A stretch of 64,000 bases of DNA from Novosphingobium sp. (GTDB taxonomy: Bacteria; Pseudomonadota; Alphaproteobacteria; Sphingomonadales; Sphingomonadaceae), in contig JANMOU010000054.1 in the NCBI GenBank assembly GCA_031369495.1, forward strand, positions 13,195-77,194, given 5' to 3'. Every line of letters starts with the position of its first letter. Position 1 is the stretch's first letter. Shown here one piece after another: positions 55,934 to 64,000 of the stretch. The notes under the pieces were generated by a model that was given only the letters and a program-made list of their open reading frames with translations, made no database searches and was not told the origin of the DNA. Position numbers and translations under genes: made by a program.

Positions 55934-56593
55934 TTATTCCTTCGGGATCACCCAACGAACCCGGCTGGAATAGGATCCTGTGGTGGGGTTGCCTTCTCCG
56001 TCCGTTGCCGGCGAGAACCGCGCACGGCGCAGCACGTTGGAGCAGGTCGCCTGATCGAGGTCGGCGCTGCCGCTCGAACTGGTAACGTCGCAGCTTGATG
56101 CTCGGCCATCGGTACCCACGGAGACCCGGAAACCGGTGACGCCTTCACGCTCTTCACGCAGTGCGCGAGTGGGGTAGTCGTTGGTGGTTGCCCAGTTGCC
56201 GGGGTTACCCTTGGGCTGAGCGTTCTTGGGGGTGACCCTAGGCGGCGGCGGCGGAGCGGCGGCCGGGCCCGGAGGCGCAACAACCAGCACCGGCGGCGCA
56301 GGCGGCGGCGGTGTCGAGACCGTGGTGATCGGCGGTGAGACGGTGCTCACGTTGAACTTGGGTGGAGGAGCCACGATCGGGGGCGCAGCAGCCATCTTCT
56401 TGGGCGGCGGCGGCGGCTCCTTCTTCGGCTCGTCCTTTTTGATTTCGACTGCCGTTACCTTATTGATCACCTTCTTGAACCCTTCATAGGCCAGGCCGGT
56501 AACCAGCGCATAGCCAAGGGCCAGGTGCAAAAGGGCAACGACGACAAAGGCGGCAATCCTGTTGCCACTAACTTCTTGGTCAGCGTAAGCCAT
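55934..56593 (-). CDS. tonB: energy transducer TonB
   Basis: N-terminal TM with an H residue (VVALLHLALGY), a Pro-rich spacer (KEPPPPPKK..PPPPAPP) and a C-terminal TonB domain. Confidence 0.87.
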   Translation of the reverse strand: MAYADQEVSGNRIAAFVVVALLHLALGYALVTGLAYEGFKKVINKVTAVEIKKDEPKKEPPPPPKKMAAAPPIVAPPPKFNVSTVSPPITTVSTPPPPAPPVLVVAPPGPAAAPPPPPRVTPKNAQPKGNPGNWATTNDYPTRALREEREGVTGFRVSVGTDGRASSCDVTSSSGSADLDQATCSNVLRRARFSPATDGEGNPTTGSYSSRVRWVIPKE

Positions 56594-56652
56594 CCTGACG
56601 CATCACTCCTAAAACAGTCCCCCGGGAAACACCCGGACCCAACGCCCAACCG

Positions 56653-56669
56653 CAAACGAGAATCGTTTG
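56653..56669. promoter_or_regulatory. palindrome CAAACGA-gaa-TCGTTTG upstream of tonB, candidate Fur-type operator
   Basis: Perfect 7-bp inverted repeat with a 3-nt spacer, 60-76 nt upstream of the tonB ATG. The core GAGAATCGT resembles the GATAATCAT centre of Fur boxes. Confidence 0.3.
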
Positions 56670-56938
56670 AGGCAGACGCCCAGATTGTAGTTTTCCGCCC
56701 TGCGGGTCAATTCAGGAAACCATGCGGGCGTCCCAACGACCACAAGGCCAGAATCGCGAACCTTTGTTTTTTATTTGGCTCGATTTTTGAAGCTTTAACC
56801 GGGTGGCAGGAAAGGCGCAACGCTTTATCGGTTAACTCTCGATTCACCTGTGTTAATGCGAATAAGTGGCATAAAGCCCCACAAATGGCGCCTTTTGGTC
56901 AGTTGGCCGGGCCCCAGCAAACTGAGCACCGAGGCACC

Positions 56939-57793
56939 ATGAACTTTTTTGATTTTCCGTTTTTGCGTATCTGCACCGGTTTGGCGGCAGTCGTTACAGC
57001 CGCTGCGGTTGGGGCTGATTCGCCCGTTCCGGCACCTGCGCCGGCATCTTTGCTCAGCTATGCCGACATCGCCGATCTGACCGATTCGACCCCGCTGGTG
57101 ATTCGGGCCCAGCCGCGCAAGGTCATCAAGGTCGAGCCCGAACGGGCCCGTGGACTGCGCGCCGGATGGGGCCGGTTCTATGTCGAGGCGCGGACTGAAG
57201 CGGTGATCGCGGGTTCGGCCCCGGTAGGCGAGGCGCTGCGCTATCTGGTCGATCTGCCGCTCGATGCAAAGGGCAAACCGGCACCGTTCAAGAAGAAGAG
57301 CGTTGTGCTGTTTGCCCGGGCGGTGCCGAGCCGCCCGGGCGAGCTGCAACTGGTCAAGCCTGATGCCCAGATCCTGTGGGACCCAATGTTCGATGGCCGG
57401 CTGCGCGGAATCATCAAGGAATTCTACACCCCTGCTGCGCCGCACCGGGTGACCGGAGTGCGCGAGGCGATCCACGTCGGCGGAGATCTGGCCGGGTCGG
57501 GCGAAACCCAGCTGTTCCTCTCAACTGCCAATGGCGAGCCCGCAGCGATCACAGTTGCGCGCCAGCCGGGCGTGCCGCCGCGCTGGTCAGTATCCTTCTC
57601 CGAAGTGGTGGCGGGTGAAGCCGCGCCGCCCCGCCGCGATACGCTGGCCTGGTACCGGCTGGCCTGCTTCTTGCCCCCCCAACTGCCTGCCGAGGCTATT
57701 ATCTCGTCCACAGCGAATGATCGCAGCGCTGCAGCACGCGATTACCGGTTCGTGATCGAACAATTGGGTTCGTGCCCGCGCAGCCGCAAATAG
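56939..57793 (+). CDS. exported protein of unknown function
   Basis: Trimmed to MNFFDFPFLRICTGLAAVVTAAAVGA (signal-like). 284 aa, no recognised motif. Confidence 0.55.
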   Translation: MNFFDFPFLRICTGLAAVVTAAAVGADSPVPAPAPASLLSYADIADLTDSTPLVIRAQPRKVIKVEPERARGLRAGWGRFYVEARTEAVIAGSAPVGEALRYLVDLPLDAKGKPAPFKKKSVVLFARAVPSRPGELQLVKPDAQILWDPMFDGRLRGIIKEFYTPAAPHRVTGVREAIHVGGDLAGSGETQLFLSTANGEPAAITVARQPGVPPRWSVSFSEVVAGEAAPPRRDTLAWYRLACFLPPQLPAEAIISSTANDRSAAARDYRFVIEQLGSCPRSRK

Positions 57794-57865
57794 GCCTCTT
57801 GCGCTCAGAGCCACTTGCCCCCCGTGGGCCTGCCGCTTAAGGCCCGCCGCAAGAAGGGGGCGATC

Positions 57866-59173
57866 ATGGCCGAACCACTGCGCGTTGCACTTGCTGGACT
57901 GGGGACCGTCGGGGTCGGAGTGATCCGGCTGGTCGAGGCCAATGCTGCGCTGATCGCGCGCCGGGCCGGACGACCGATCCAGATTACCGTCGTATCGGCC
58001 CGCGATCGCAGCCGTTCGCGCGGTGTGGACCTCTCAGCCTATGCCTGGGAAGACGATATGGTGATCCTGGGCGAGCGCCCCGATGTCGATGTGGTGGTCG
58101 AGATGGTTGGCGGCTCAGACGGTCCGGCGCTGGCGCTGGCGAGGACCACGATCGAGGCCGGCAAGGCGCTGGTCACCGCGAACAAAGCGATGATTGCGCA
58201 CCACGGACTGGAGCTCGCCGCCAAGGCCGAAGACCAGAAAGTCGCATTGAAATTCGAAGCCGCGGTAGCGGGCGGGATCCCGGTTATCAAAGGGCTGCGC
58301 GAAGGCGCTGCGGCCAATGAGATCGAGCGGGTCTATGGCATCCTCAACGGGACCTGCAATTACATCCTGACCGTTATGGAAGACACCGGCCGCGATTTTG
58401 CCGATGTACTGGCCGAAGCGCAGGCCAAGGGTTTTGCCGAGGCAGATCCGGCCTTCGATATCGAAGGCACCGATGCCGCGCACAAGTTGTCGATCCTCGC
58501 GGCGATCTGTTTTGGCTCGAAGATCGATTTCGCTGCGGTCGAGACCGCGGGGATCACCCGGCTGCGCGCCGCTGATATCGCCCAGGCCAGCGCGCTGGGC
58601 TATGTCATCCGGCTGATCGGGATGGCCGAGACCGATGGCCAGAACGGCGCCAAGACGCTGTTTCAGCGCGTCCAGCCGCACCTTGTCCCGGTCGACCATC
58701 CGCTCGCCCACGTCGACGGTGCGACCAATGCGGTGGTGGCTGAGGGCGACTTCTCGGGCCGCCTGCTGTTTCAGGGTGCAGGGGCTGGCGATGGCCCGAC
58801 CGCCAGCGCCGTGGTCGCCGATCTGATCGACATCGCGCGGGGCGAGCTGGGCAATGCCTTTTCAGTACCTGTGGGCGAACTCGAAGAGCTGCATCCGTCG
58901 GAGACCGGGCACCGGATCAGCCGGGCCTATATCCGCTTCATGGCCGCCGACCGGCCCGGCGTTCTGGCCGAGATCACTGCCGCGCTGCGCGATGCCGGGG
59001 TTTCGATCGAGAGCCTGATCCAGAAGGGCCGGGCCGGAGATGCGGGCGAGGTAATGGTGGCGATGGTCACCCACGAGGGACCCGAAAGCGCGGTCAGCAA
59101 GGCGGTTGAGCTTCTCGATGGCTCCGAAAGCCTGGCCGAACCGCCACTGGTGCTGCAAATCCTGGGCGATTAA
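57866..59173 (+). CDS. hom: homoserine dehydrogenase
   Basis: N-terminal GLGTVG NAD site, catalytic domain, C-terminal ACT domain. AAGAAGGGGG SD before the trimmed ATG. Confidence 0.92.
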   Translation: MAEPLRVALAGLGTVGVGVIRLVEANAALIARRAGRPIQITVVSARDRSRSRGVDLSAYAWEDDMVILGERPDVDVVVEMVGGSDGPALALARTTIEAGKALVTANKAMIAHHGLELAAKAEDQKVALKFEAAVAGGIPVIKGLREGAAANEIERVYGILNGTCNYILTVMEDTGRDFADVLAEAQAKGFAEADPAFDIEGTDAAHKLSILAAICFGSKIDFAAVETAGITRLRAADIAQASALGYVIRLIGMAETDGQNGAKTLFQRVQPHLVPVDHPLAHVDGATNAVVAEGDFSGRLLFQGAGAGDGPTASAVVADLIDIARGELGNAFSVPVGELEELHPSETGHRISRAYIRFMAADRPGVLAEITAALRDAGVSIESLIQKGRAGDAGEVMVAMVTHEGPESAVSKAVELLDGSESLAEPPLVLQILGD

Positions 59174-59625
59174 GGCGCCGGGACTTCACCCTTGGCGATC
59201 TTGTCGGCATCTGAGCCGGGCGGGGCTTCGGGCAGGGCGGTGACATCGATGTAATAGACGGGCGTAGGCGCTCCACCCAAGTTACCTCTGCATACGCCAT
59301 CTGCGCCTTTCCGACACTTGATCGAGGCAACATCCGGGGCGCTTGGGATATTCCCATCCAAAGCTCGCCGAGCATCGCGCGAATCTGGATCTGTCTGGGC
59401 AGTCGATGGCACCCGTTGGTCTTCCCCGCGATCGACGCAGACCACAATCTCGTCGCTGCCCGGCGTGGGGCGGCAACGCAGCCGGGGGTCGGCCACGCCG
59501 TAGGTGGCTTTGGCCTGATCGAGCCGCTCGGCCACTTTGGCATCAAGCGCGTCCGGATCGGTTTGCGCGCGCGCTGGTGCGGCCACCAACAGCGCCGCTG
59601 CCAAGCCCACTGCGATCCTGTGCAC
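59170..59625 (-). CDS. secreted Cys-containing protein of unknown function
   Basis: Trimmed to the GTG (VHRIAVGLAAALLVAAPARAQ signal) with an AGGAG SD. 4 Cys residues. Stop overlaps the hom stop by 4 nt. Confidence 0.5.
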   Translation of the reverse strand: MHRIAVGLAAALLVAAPARAQTDPDALDAKVAERLDQAKATYGVADPRLRCRPTPGSDEIVVCVDRGEDQRVPSTAQTDPDSRDARRALDGNIPSAPDVASIKCRKGADGVCRGNLGGAPTPVYYIDVTALPEAPPGSDADKIAKGEVPAP

Positions 59626-59778
59626 ACCGCGCTCCTGCTTGCCCGCCAAAGCCCGGCTAGGGAGGGTTCGCCCGCTTAATCGCGGCTGAACAGCAGCGCG
59701 CCCGCTCGCCCCTCGACAGCAACGCCGCAGCGGTCTAAGCGCCCGGCACATACCTATTCAAAGAGGCTTTCCAGCGCC

Positions 59779-60765
59779 ATGACCAAGCCAACCACCCCCG
59801 CCAGTCCCGTGCTCGACCGCGTTTTGGTGCTCGAAATGGTCCGTGTTACCGAAGCTGCGGCGATTGCGGCATCCAAGCTGGTGGGCCGGGGCGATGAAGA
59901 TGCCGCCGATGCCGCTGCGGTCGAAGCCATGCGCGCCGCGCTGAACGAGCTGGCGATGGACGGCACCGTGGTGATTGGCGAGGGCGAACGCGATGAAGCG
60001 CCGATGCTGTTCATCGGCGAAAAGGTCGGCTCGGCGCAGGGCACCGGTCCCAAGATCGACATCGCGCTCGATCCGCTCGAAGGCACCACGATTACCGCCA
60101 AGGCCGGGCCCAATGCGCTGGCCGTGTTGGCGGTGGCCGAAGAGGGCAACCTGCTCAACGCGCCCGATGTCTATATGGACAAGCTGGCAGTTGGTCCCGG
60201 TTATCCTGAAGGGATCATCGATCTGGCCAAGAGCCCGACCGAAAATGTGCAGGCTGTGGCCGCAGCAAAGGGCGTAAACCCGGACGATATCATCGTTTGC
60301 GTGCTTGACCGCCCGCGCCATGCCGAACTGATCGCCGAACTGCGCGGGCTGGGCTGCGGTGTGGTGCTGATCGGCGATGGCGATGTGGCAGGCGTGATCG
60401 CGGTGACCAATCCCGAGACCACGATCGACTTGTACATGGGTTCGGGCGGGGCGCCCGAAGGCGTGCTGGCCGCAGCTGCCTTGCGCTGCGTTGGTGGTCA
60501 GTTCCAGGGCCGCCTGCTGTTCCGCAATGACGATGAACGCGGCCGCGCCCGCAAGTGGGGGATTACCGATCTGAACAAGATCTACACCCGCGATGAATTG
60601 GCCAAGGGCGATTGCATCTTTGCCGCGACCGGGGTCACCGATGGCTCGCTGCTGAAAGGCGTCAAGCGGCTCAAGGGCGGGGTTATCACCACGCACACCG
60701 TGGTGATGCGCGCCAGCACCGGAACGGTCCGCTGGGTATCGGGCGAGCACCGCAACAAAAGCTGA
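59779..60765 (+). CDS. glpX: class II fructose-1,6-bisphosphatase
   Basis: Full-length GlpX-type sequence (..[35 protein letters not shown]..). Confidence 0.92.
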   Translation: MTKPTTPASPVLDRVLVLEMVRVTEAAAIAASKLVGRGDEDAADAAAVEAMRAALNELAMDGTVVIGEGERDEAPMLFIGEKVGSAQGTGPKIDIALDPLEGTTITAKAGPNALAVLAVAEEGNLLNAPDVYMDKLAVGPGYPEGIIDLAKSPTENVQAVAAAKGVNPDDIIVCVLDRPRHAELIAELRGLGCGVVLIGDGDVAGVIAVTNPETTIDLYMGSGGAPEGVLAAAALRCVGGQFQGRLLFRNDDERGRARKWGITDLNKIYTRDELAKGDCIFAATGVTDGSLLKGVKRLKGGVITTHTVVMRASTGTVRWVSGEHRNKS

Positions 60766-60859
60766 TCCACACTTTCCCACGCCGGCCCGGCTTGCAATCC
60801 CTTGGCGCTTAGGCAAAGGCCCGCCAAGGGCTGAACCATCGCGCGGAAGGGCAACGCAC

Positions 60860-61795
60860 ATGAAAATCCTGGCCGGGAATTCGAACCTGCCGCTGGCACG
60901 GGCGATTGCGGACTATCTGGACCTGCCGCTGACCAAGGCTGATGTCCGGCGCTTTGCCGATGACGAAGTGTTCGTCGAGATTCATGAGAATGTGCGCGGC
61001 GAAGATGTCTTCGTGATCCAATCGACCAGCGCGCCCGCCAATGACAACCTGCTTGAACTGCTCATCTGTATCGATGCCCTGCGCCGCGCCTCGGCAGCGC
61101 GGATCACGGCGGTAACCCCGTATTTCGGCTATGCCCGGCAAGACCGCAAACCGGGACCGCGCACGCCCATATCCGCCAAGCTGGTCGCCAACCTGATCAC
61201 CACGGCGGGAGCCGACCGGGTGCTAGCGGTTGATCTTCACGCCGGTCAGATCCAGGGCTTTTTCGATATTCCGACCGACAACCTCTATGGCGCGCCTGTG
61301 ATGGCGGCAGACATTCTGGGACGCACCGGGGGCGATAACCTGATGGTGGTCTCACCCGACGTTGGCGGCGTGGTCCGGGCCCGGGCGCTGTCCAAGCGAA
61401 TCAACGATGCGCCGCTATCAATCGTCGACAAGCGCCGCGACAAGCCCGGCAGCAGCGAGGTAATGAACATCATCGGCGATGTGAAAGGCTGGGACTGCAT
61501 CCTGATTGATGACATCATCGATTCGGGCGGCACGCTGTGCAATGCGGCCGGCGCCTTGATGGAGGCCGGCGCGAAAAGCGTGACCGCCTATCTGACTCAC
61601 GGGGTGCTCTCAGGCACCGCAGTCGAGCGGGTCACCGCCTCGGCACTGACCGAACTGGTGATCACGGACACGATCCAGCCAACCGCCGCCGCGCTGGCCT
61701 CGCCCAAGATCCGCATTCTCCCGATCGCCCCGTTGATTGGCGAAGCGATCCAGCGGATTGCCGAGGAAAGCTCGGTTTCGAGCCTGTGGGATTGA
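60860..61795 (+). CDS. prs: ribose-phosphate pyrophosphokinase
   Basis: [14 protein letters not shown]-terminus and PRPP loop DDIIDSGGT. Confidence 0.95.
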   Translation: MKILAGNSNLPLARAIADYLDLPLTKADVRRFADDEVFVEIHENVRGEDVFVIQSTSAPANDNLLELLICIDALRRASAARITAVTPYFGYARQDRKPGPRTPISAKLVANLITTAGADRVLAVDLHAGQIQGFFDIPTDNLYGAPVMAADILGRTGGDNLMVVSPDVGGVVRARALSKRINDAPLSIVDKRRDKPGSSEVMNIIGDVKGWDCILIDDIIDSGGTLCNAAGALMEAGAKSVTAYLTHGVLSGTAVERVTASALTELVITDTIQPTAAALASPKIRILPIAPLIGEAIQRIAEESSVSSLWD

Positions 61796-62577
61796 TGAAA
61801 CTCACCGCCGAAATCGCCTTCGCCCACCGGCTTGCCGATGCTGCACGGGCCGAGATCCTGCCCCATTTCCGAGCCAATACCCCCAGCGAACGCAAGGCTG
61901 ACGCTAGCCCGGTAACCTTGGCAGACCGCGCTGCCGAAAAAGCGATGCGGGCGTTGATTGCGGCTGAATTTCCAAATGACGCCGTGCATGGCGAGGAATT
62001 TGGGGCGACCACCGGCACTACAGGGCGGACCTGGGTGCTCGATCCGATCGATGGAACCACCGGCTTTCTCGCGGGACGTCCGCTGTTTGGGACACTGATC
62101 GCATTGGTGGTTGAAGGCTGGCCGGTGCTCGGGGTGATTGATCAGTGTGTGCTGGGTGAACGGTGGGTCGGGGTTACCGGCCAGCCGACGCTGTTCAACG
62201 GCCAACCGGTCCGCACGCGCGCCTGCCGCGAGCTTAGCGAGGCGGCTTTGGCGACCACCGGGCCGCATTACTTTGATCAGCACGATGGCGATCATTTCAT
62301 GGCGCTCGCGGCCAAGACTGATCACCGCCGGATGGTGATGGGCGGGGACTGCTATAACTATGCGATGCTGGCTTCGGGCCATCTCGATGTGGTCTGCGAA
62401 GCGAACCTCAAGCTGCACGATTTCGCTGCGCTGGTTCCGGTTGTCGAAGGTGCCGGCGGGACGATGTGCGACTGGAACGGCGAACCGCTGCATGCCGCCA
62501 GCTCTGGTCAGGTGCTGGCGCTAGGCGATCCAGCCCGGCTCGACGATGTGGTTGAAGCGCTAGCCTGTCATCACTGA
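61795..62577 (+). CDS. inositol monophosphatase family protein (possibly histidinol-phosphatase HisN type)
   Basis: Trimmed to [14 protein letters not shown] (TGATG overlap with the prs stop). EE..G and WVLDPIDGT metal motifs. Confidence 0.8.
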   Translation: MKLTAEIAFAHRLADAARAEILPHFRANTPSERKADASPVTLADRAAEKAMRALIAAEFPNDAVHGEEFGATTGTTGRTWVLDPIDGTTGFLAGRPLFGTLIALVVEGWPVLGVIDQCVLGERWVGVTGQPTLFNGQPVRTRACRELSEAALATTGPHYFDQHDGDHFMALAAKTDHRRMVMGGDCYNYAMLASGHLDVVCEANLKLHDFAALVPVVEGAGGTMCDWNGEPLHAASSGQVLALGDPARLDDVVEALACHH

Positions 62578-62584
62578 TTGGTGC

Positions 62585-62606
62585 GCCAATCGCCTCCGCG
62601 ATTGGC
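62585..62606 (+). terminator. 9-bp perfect hairpin immediately after the stop codon
   Basis: GCCAATCGC-ctcc-GCGATTGGC, abutting the family B element. Confidence 0.4.
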
Positions 62607-62694
62607 TTGCAACACCGGCCCGCTCCCCCTCCCGGCCACCCATTCAGGGTACACTCGTGGGGGGCCGGGAGGGGGAGCGGGCCGGTGTTGCAAG
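62606..62694. repeat. GC-rich palindromic intergenic element, family B copy 2
   Basis: Perfect 32-nt arms CTTGCAACACCGGCCCGCTCCCCCTCCCGGCC / GGCCGGGAGGGGGAGCGGGCCGGTGTTGCAAG with a 25-nt loop related to that of copy 1. Confidence 0.8.
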
Positions 62695-62724
62695 GAAAAG
62701 CCGGATGACTTTTCCGCACTGCCG

Positions 62725-64000
62725 TTAGGCAGACAAAGCCGCCTTCACGAAATCCGCCGCCCGTTCCCCGATCATCATCGAGGGGGCATTGGTATTGCCC
62801 GAAACCAGCCGCGGCATGATCGAGGCATCGGCCACCCACAGCCCGTCAATCCCTTTGGCCTTCAGCGCCGGATTGACCACCGCAGCGTCGTCGCTGCCCA
62901 TCCGGCAAGTGCCGACCGGGTGATAACCGATGCCGCATTCGTTGCGCAGGCGTTCTTCCCATTCGGCGTCGCTGACCGGCAGCGGAACCGGCCAGACCGG
63001 ACCTTCGACAAAGGCGGCAAGGGCAGGGGTCCTGAAAATCTCCTGCACCTGCTTGACCCCGGAAACCAGCGCGCTGACATCTTCGGGATGGCCGAGCAGG
63101 CGGTGATCGATTACCGGCCTGTCGAGCGGCGAAGCGCTGCGCAGCCGTACCTCGCCGCGGCTCTGGGGCTTGGCGACATTGGCATAGACGACAACGGCGG
63201 GCCGCTTGTGCGGTTTGCGGGTCGCCGGGTCCATCGCCATCAAGCCGAATGACAGTTTGATATCGGGAAATCCGAGATCGGGGCGCGAGCGCAGATAGGC
63301 CATAGCTTCGACCGGCACCATGGTCATCAACCCGCGATTGGCGAGCAGATATTTGAGGAATTCGCGCACCATGCCGAACGGCGTCATCAGATTGTTCCAG
63401 GTCGGCGTGTTAACCTCGAAGTAGGAAGAATAGCTGGCGTGTTCCTGCAAATTTTGCCCGACAGCGGCGCAGTCTCGCGCCATGGCGATGCCATGCTCGC
63501 GCAAATGCGCCGCCGGGCCGATGCCCGAGCGCATCAGCACCCCGGGCGATTGCAGCGCACCCGCCGAAACGATTACTTCGCGCGCTGCGGTGACGGTCAT
63601 TGCCTCGCCGCCGCGCAGAAAGCGCACGCCAGTTGCCCGCCCATCTTCGATCAGCACCTTGTCGACGGTTGCGCCGGTGATGACCTTGAGGTTGGCGCGT
63701 CCCATTGCGGGTTTCAGGAAGGCCCGGGCGGCGCTGCTGCGCTGGCCGTTGGCTTGCGTCACCAGCATGGTGAAAGCGCCATCGACATCGCCGGCGCAAT
63801 AGTCCGCCACCTTGCGCAGGCCAAATTGCGCGCAGCCTTCGACAAAGGTGTCAGCCAGCGGATGGCTGAGCCGCGGTCGGCTGACCCCGAGCAGGCCGAG
63901 CGTGGAATGGGTCTGGTCGGGCGCGCCGGAGAAAGCTTCCGACTTGCGGAAATGCGGCAGGACATCGTTCCAGCCCCAGCCGGTGCAGCCGTCCGCCGCC
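62725..64000 (-). CDS. GMC-family FAD oxidoreductase (choline-dehydrogenase-like), 5' end outside the window
   Basis: C-terminal [11 protein letters not shown] motif. My hand translation keeps the frame open upstream of the track start (63810) to the window edge (..[15 protein letters not shown]..), so the N-terminal FAD domain is missing. Confidence 0.85.
   Translation of the reverse strand, partial: AADGCTGWGWNDVLPHFRKSEAFSGAPDQTHSTLGLLGVSRPRLSHPLADTFVEGCAQFGLRKVADYCAGDVDGAFTMLVTQANGQRSSAARAFLKPAMGRANLKVITGATVDKVLIEDGRATGVRFLRGGEAMTVTAAREVIVSAGALQSPGVLMRSGIGPAAHLREHGIAMARDCAAVGQNLQEHASYSSYFEVNTPTWNNLMTPFGMVREFLKYLLANRGLMTMVPVEAMAYLRSRPDLGFPDIKLSFGLMAMDPATRKPHKRPAVVVYANVAKPQSRGEVRLRSASPLDRPVIDHRLLGHPEDVSALVSGVKQVQEIFRTPALAAFVEGPVWPVPLPVSDAEWEERLRNECGIGYHPVGTCRMGSDDAAVVNPALKAKGIDGLWVADASIMPRLVSGNTNAPSMMIGERAADFVKAALSA

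Noticed and set aside
59758-60861. 367-aa ORF antisense to glpX
   Set aside because: GlpX on the plus strand is unambiguous, and the antisense product has no recognisable features.
62578-63252. 224-aa plus-strand ORF starting in the family B repeat
   Set aside because: It begins inside the palindromic element (NTGPLPLPA peptide) and is antisense to the GMC oxidoreductase, which has clear family motifs.

Overview
This is a GC-rich (by eye mid-60s %) chromosomal segment. Gene content points to an alphaproteobacterium, probably Sphingomonadales-like: MipZ, petABC, bfd-bfr, a pyrB/inactive-pyrC' pair, a tonB-exbB-exbD cluster and SPOR proteins. That taxonomic call is inference only. The window is mostly core housekeeping: rimO, surE, serS, der, bfr/bfd, pyrB, sppA, tig, pepN, pgeF, petABC, aqpZ, panC, mipZ, a PMM/PGM, hom, glpX, prs and rhlE. 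It also holds three tRNAs: Val-CAC, Leu-TAG and Gly-TCC. I saw no rRNA, CRISPR array, transposase, integrase or phage genes. Many ORFs in the track are antisense or N-terminally over-extended GC artefacts. I trimmed starts where a signal peptide, a Shine-Dalgarno sequence, a start/stop overlap or a tRNA overlap supported it. Three loci are the best candidates for undescribed biology. (1) 21.6-25.7 kb: a chromosomal small ParA (ParF-size) with an RHH-like partner, in one operon with a TPR-SPOR protein and divergent from a paralogous Sel1-SPOR protein. (2) 1.4-6.0 kb: a five-gene translationally coupled operon joining a DevCBA-type tripartite exporter to a membrane desaturase and a SAM methyltransferase. 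(3) 6.0-9.0 kb: a lipoprotein cytochrome c, a Tat-signal FAD lactone-oxidase-family enzyme and a Tat-signal alanine-racemase-fold PLP enzyme. Other observations are three families of structured intergenic palindromic repeats, one with compensatory arm substitutions between its two copies. There is also a shared GAATCG-core motif upstream of bfd, bfr and tonB. A third exbD paralog has its own terminator-insulated near-consensus promoter in an AT-rich islet. A low-GC3 patch sits inside the PMM/PGM gene. Hand-derived coordinates of non-CDS features may be off by 1-2 nt.
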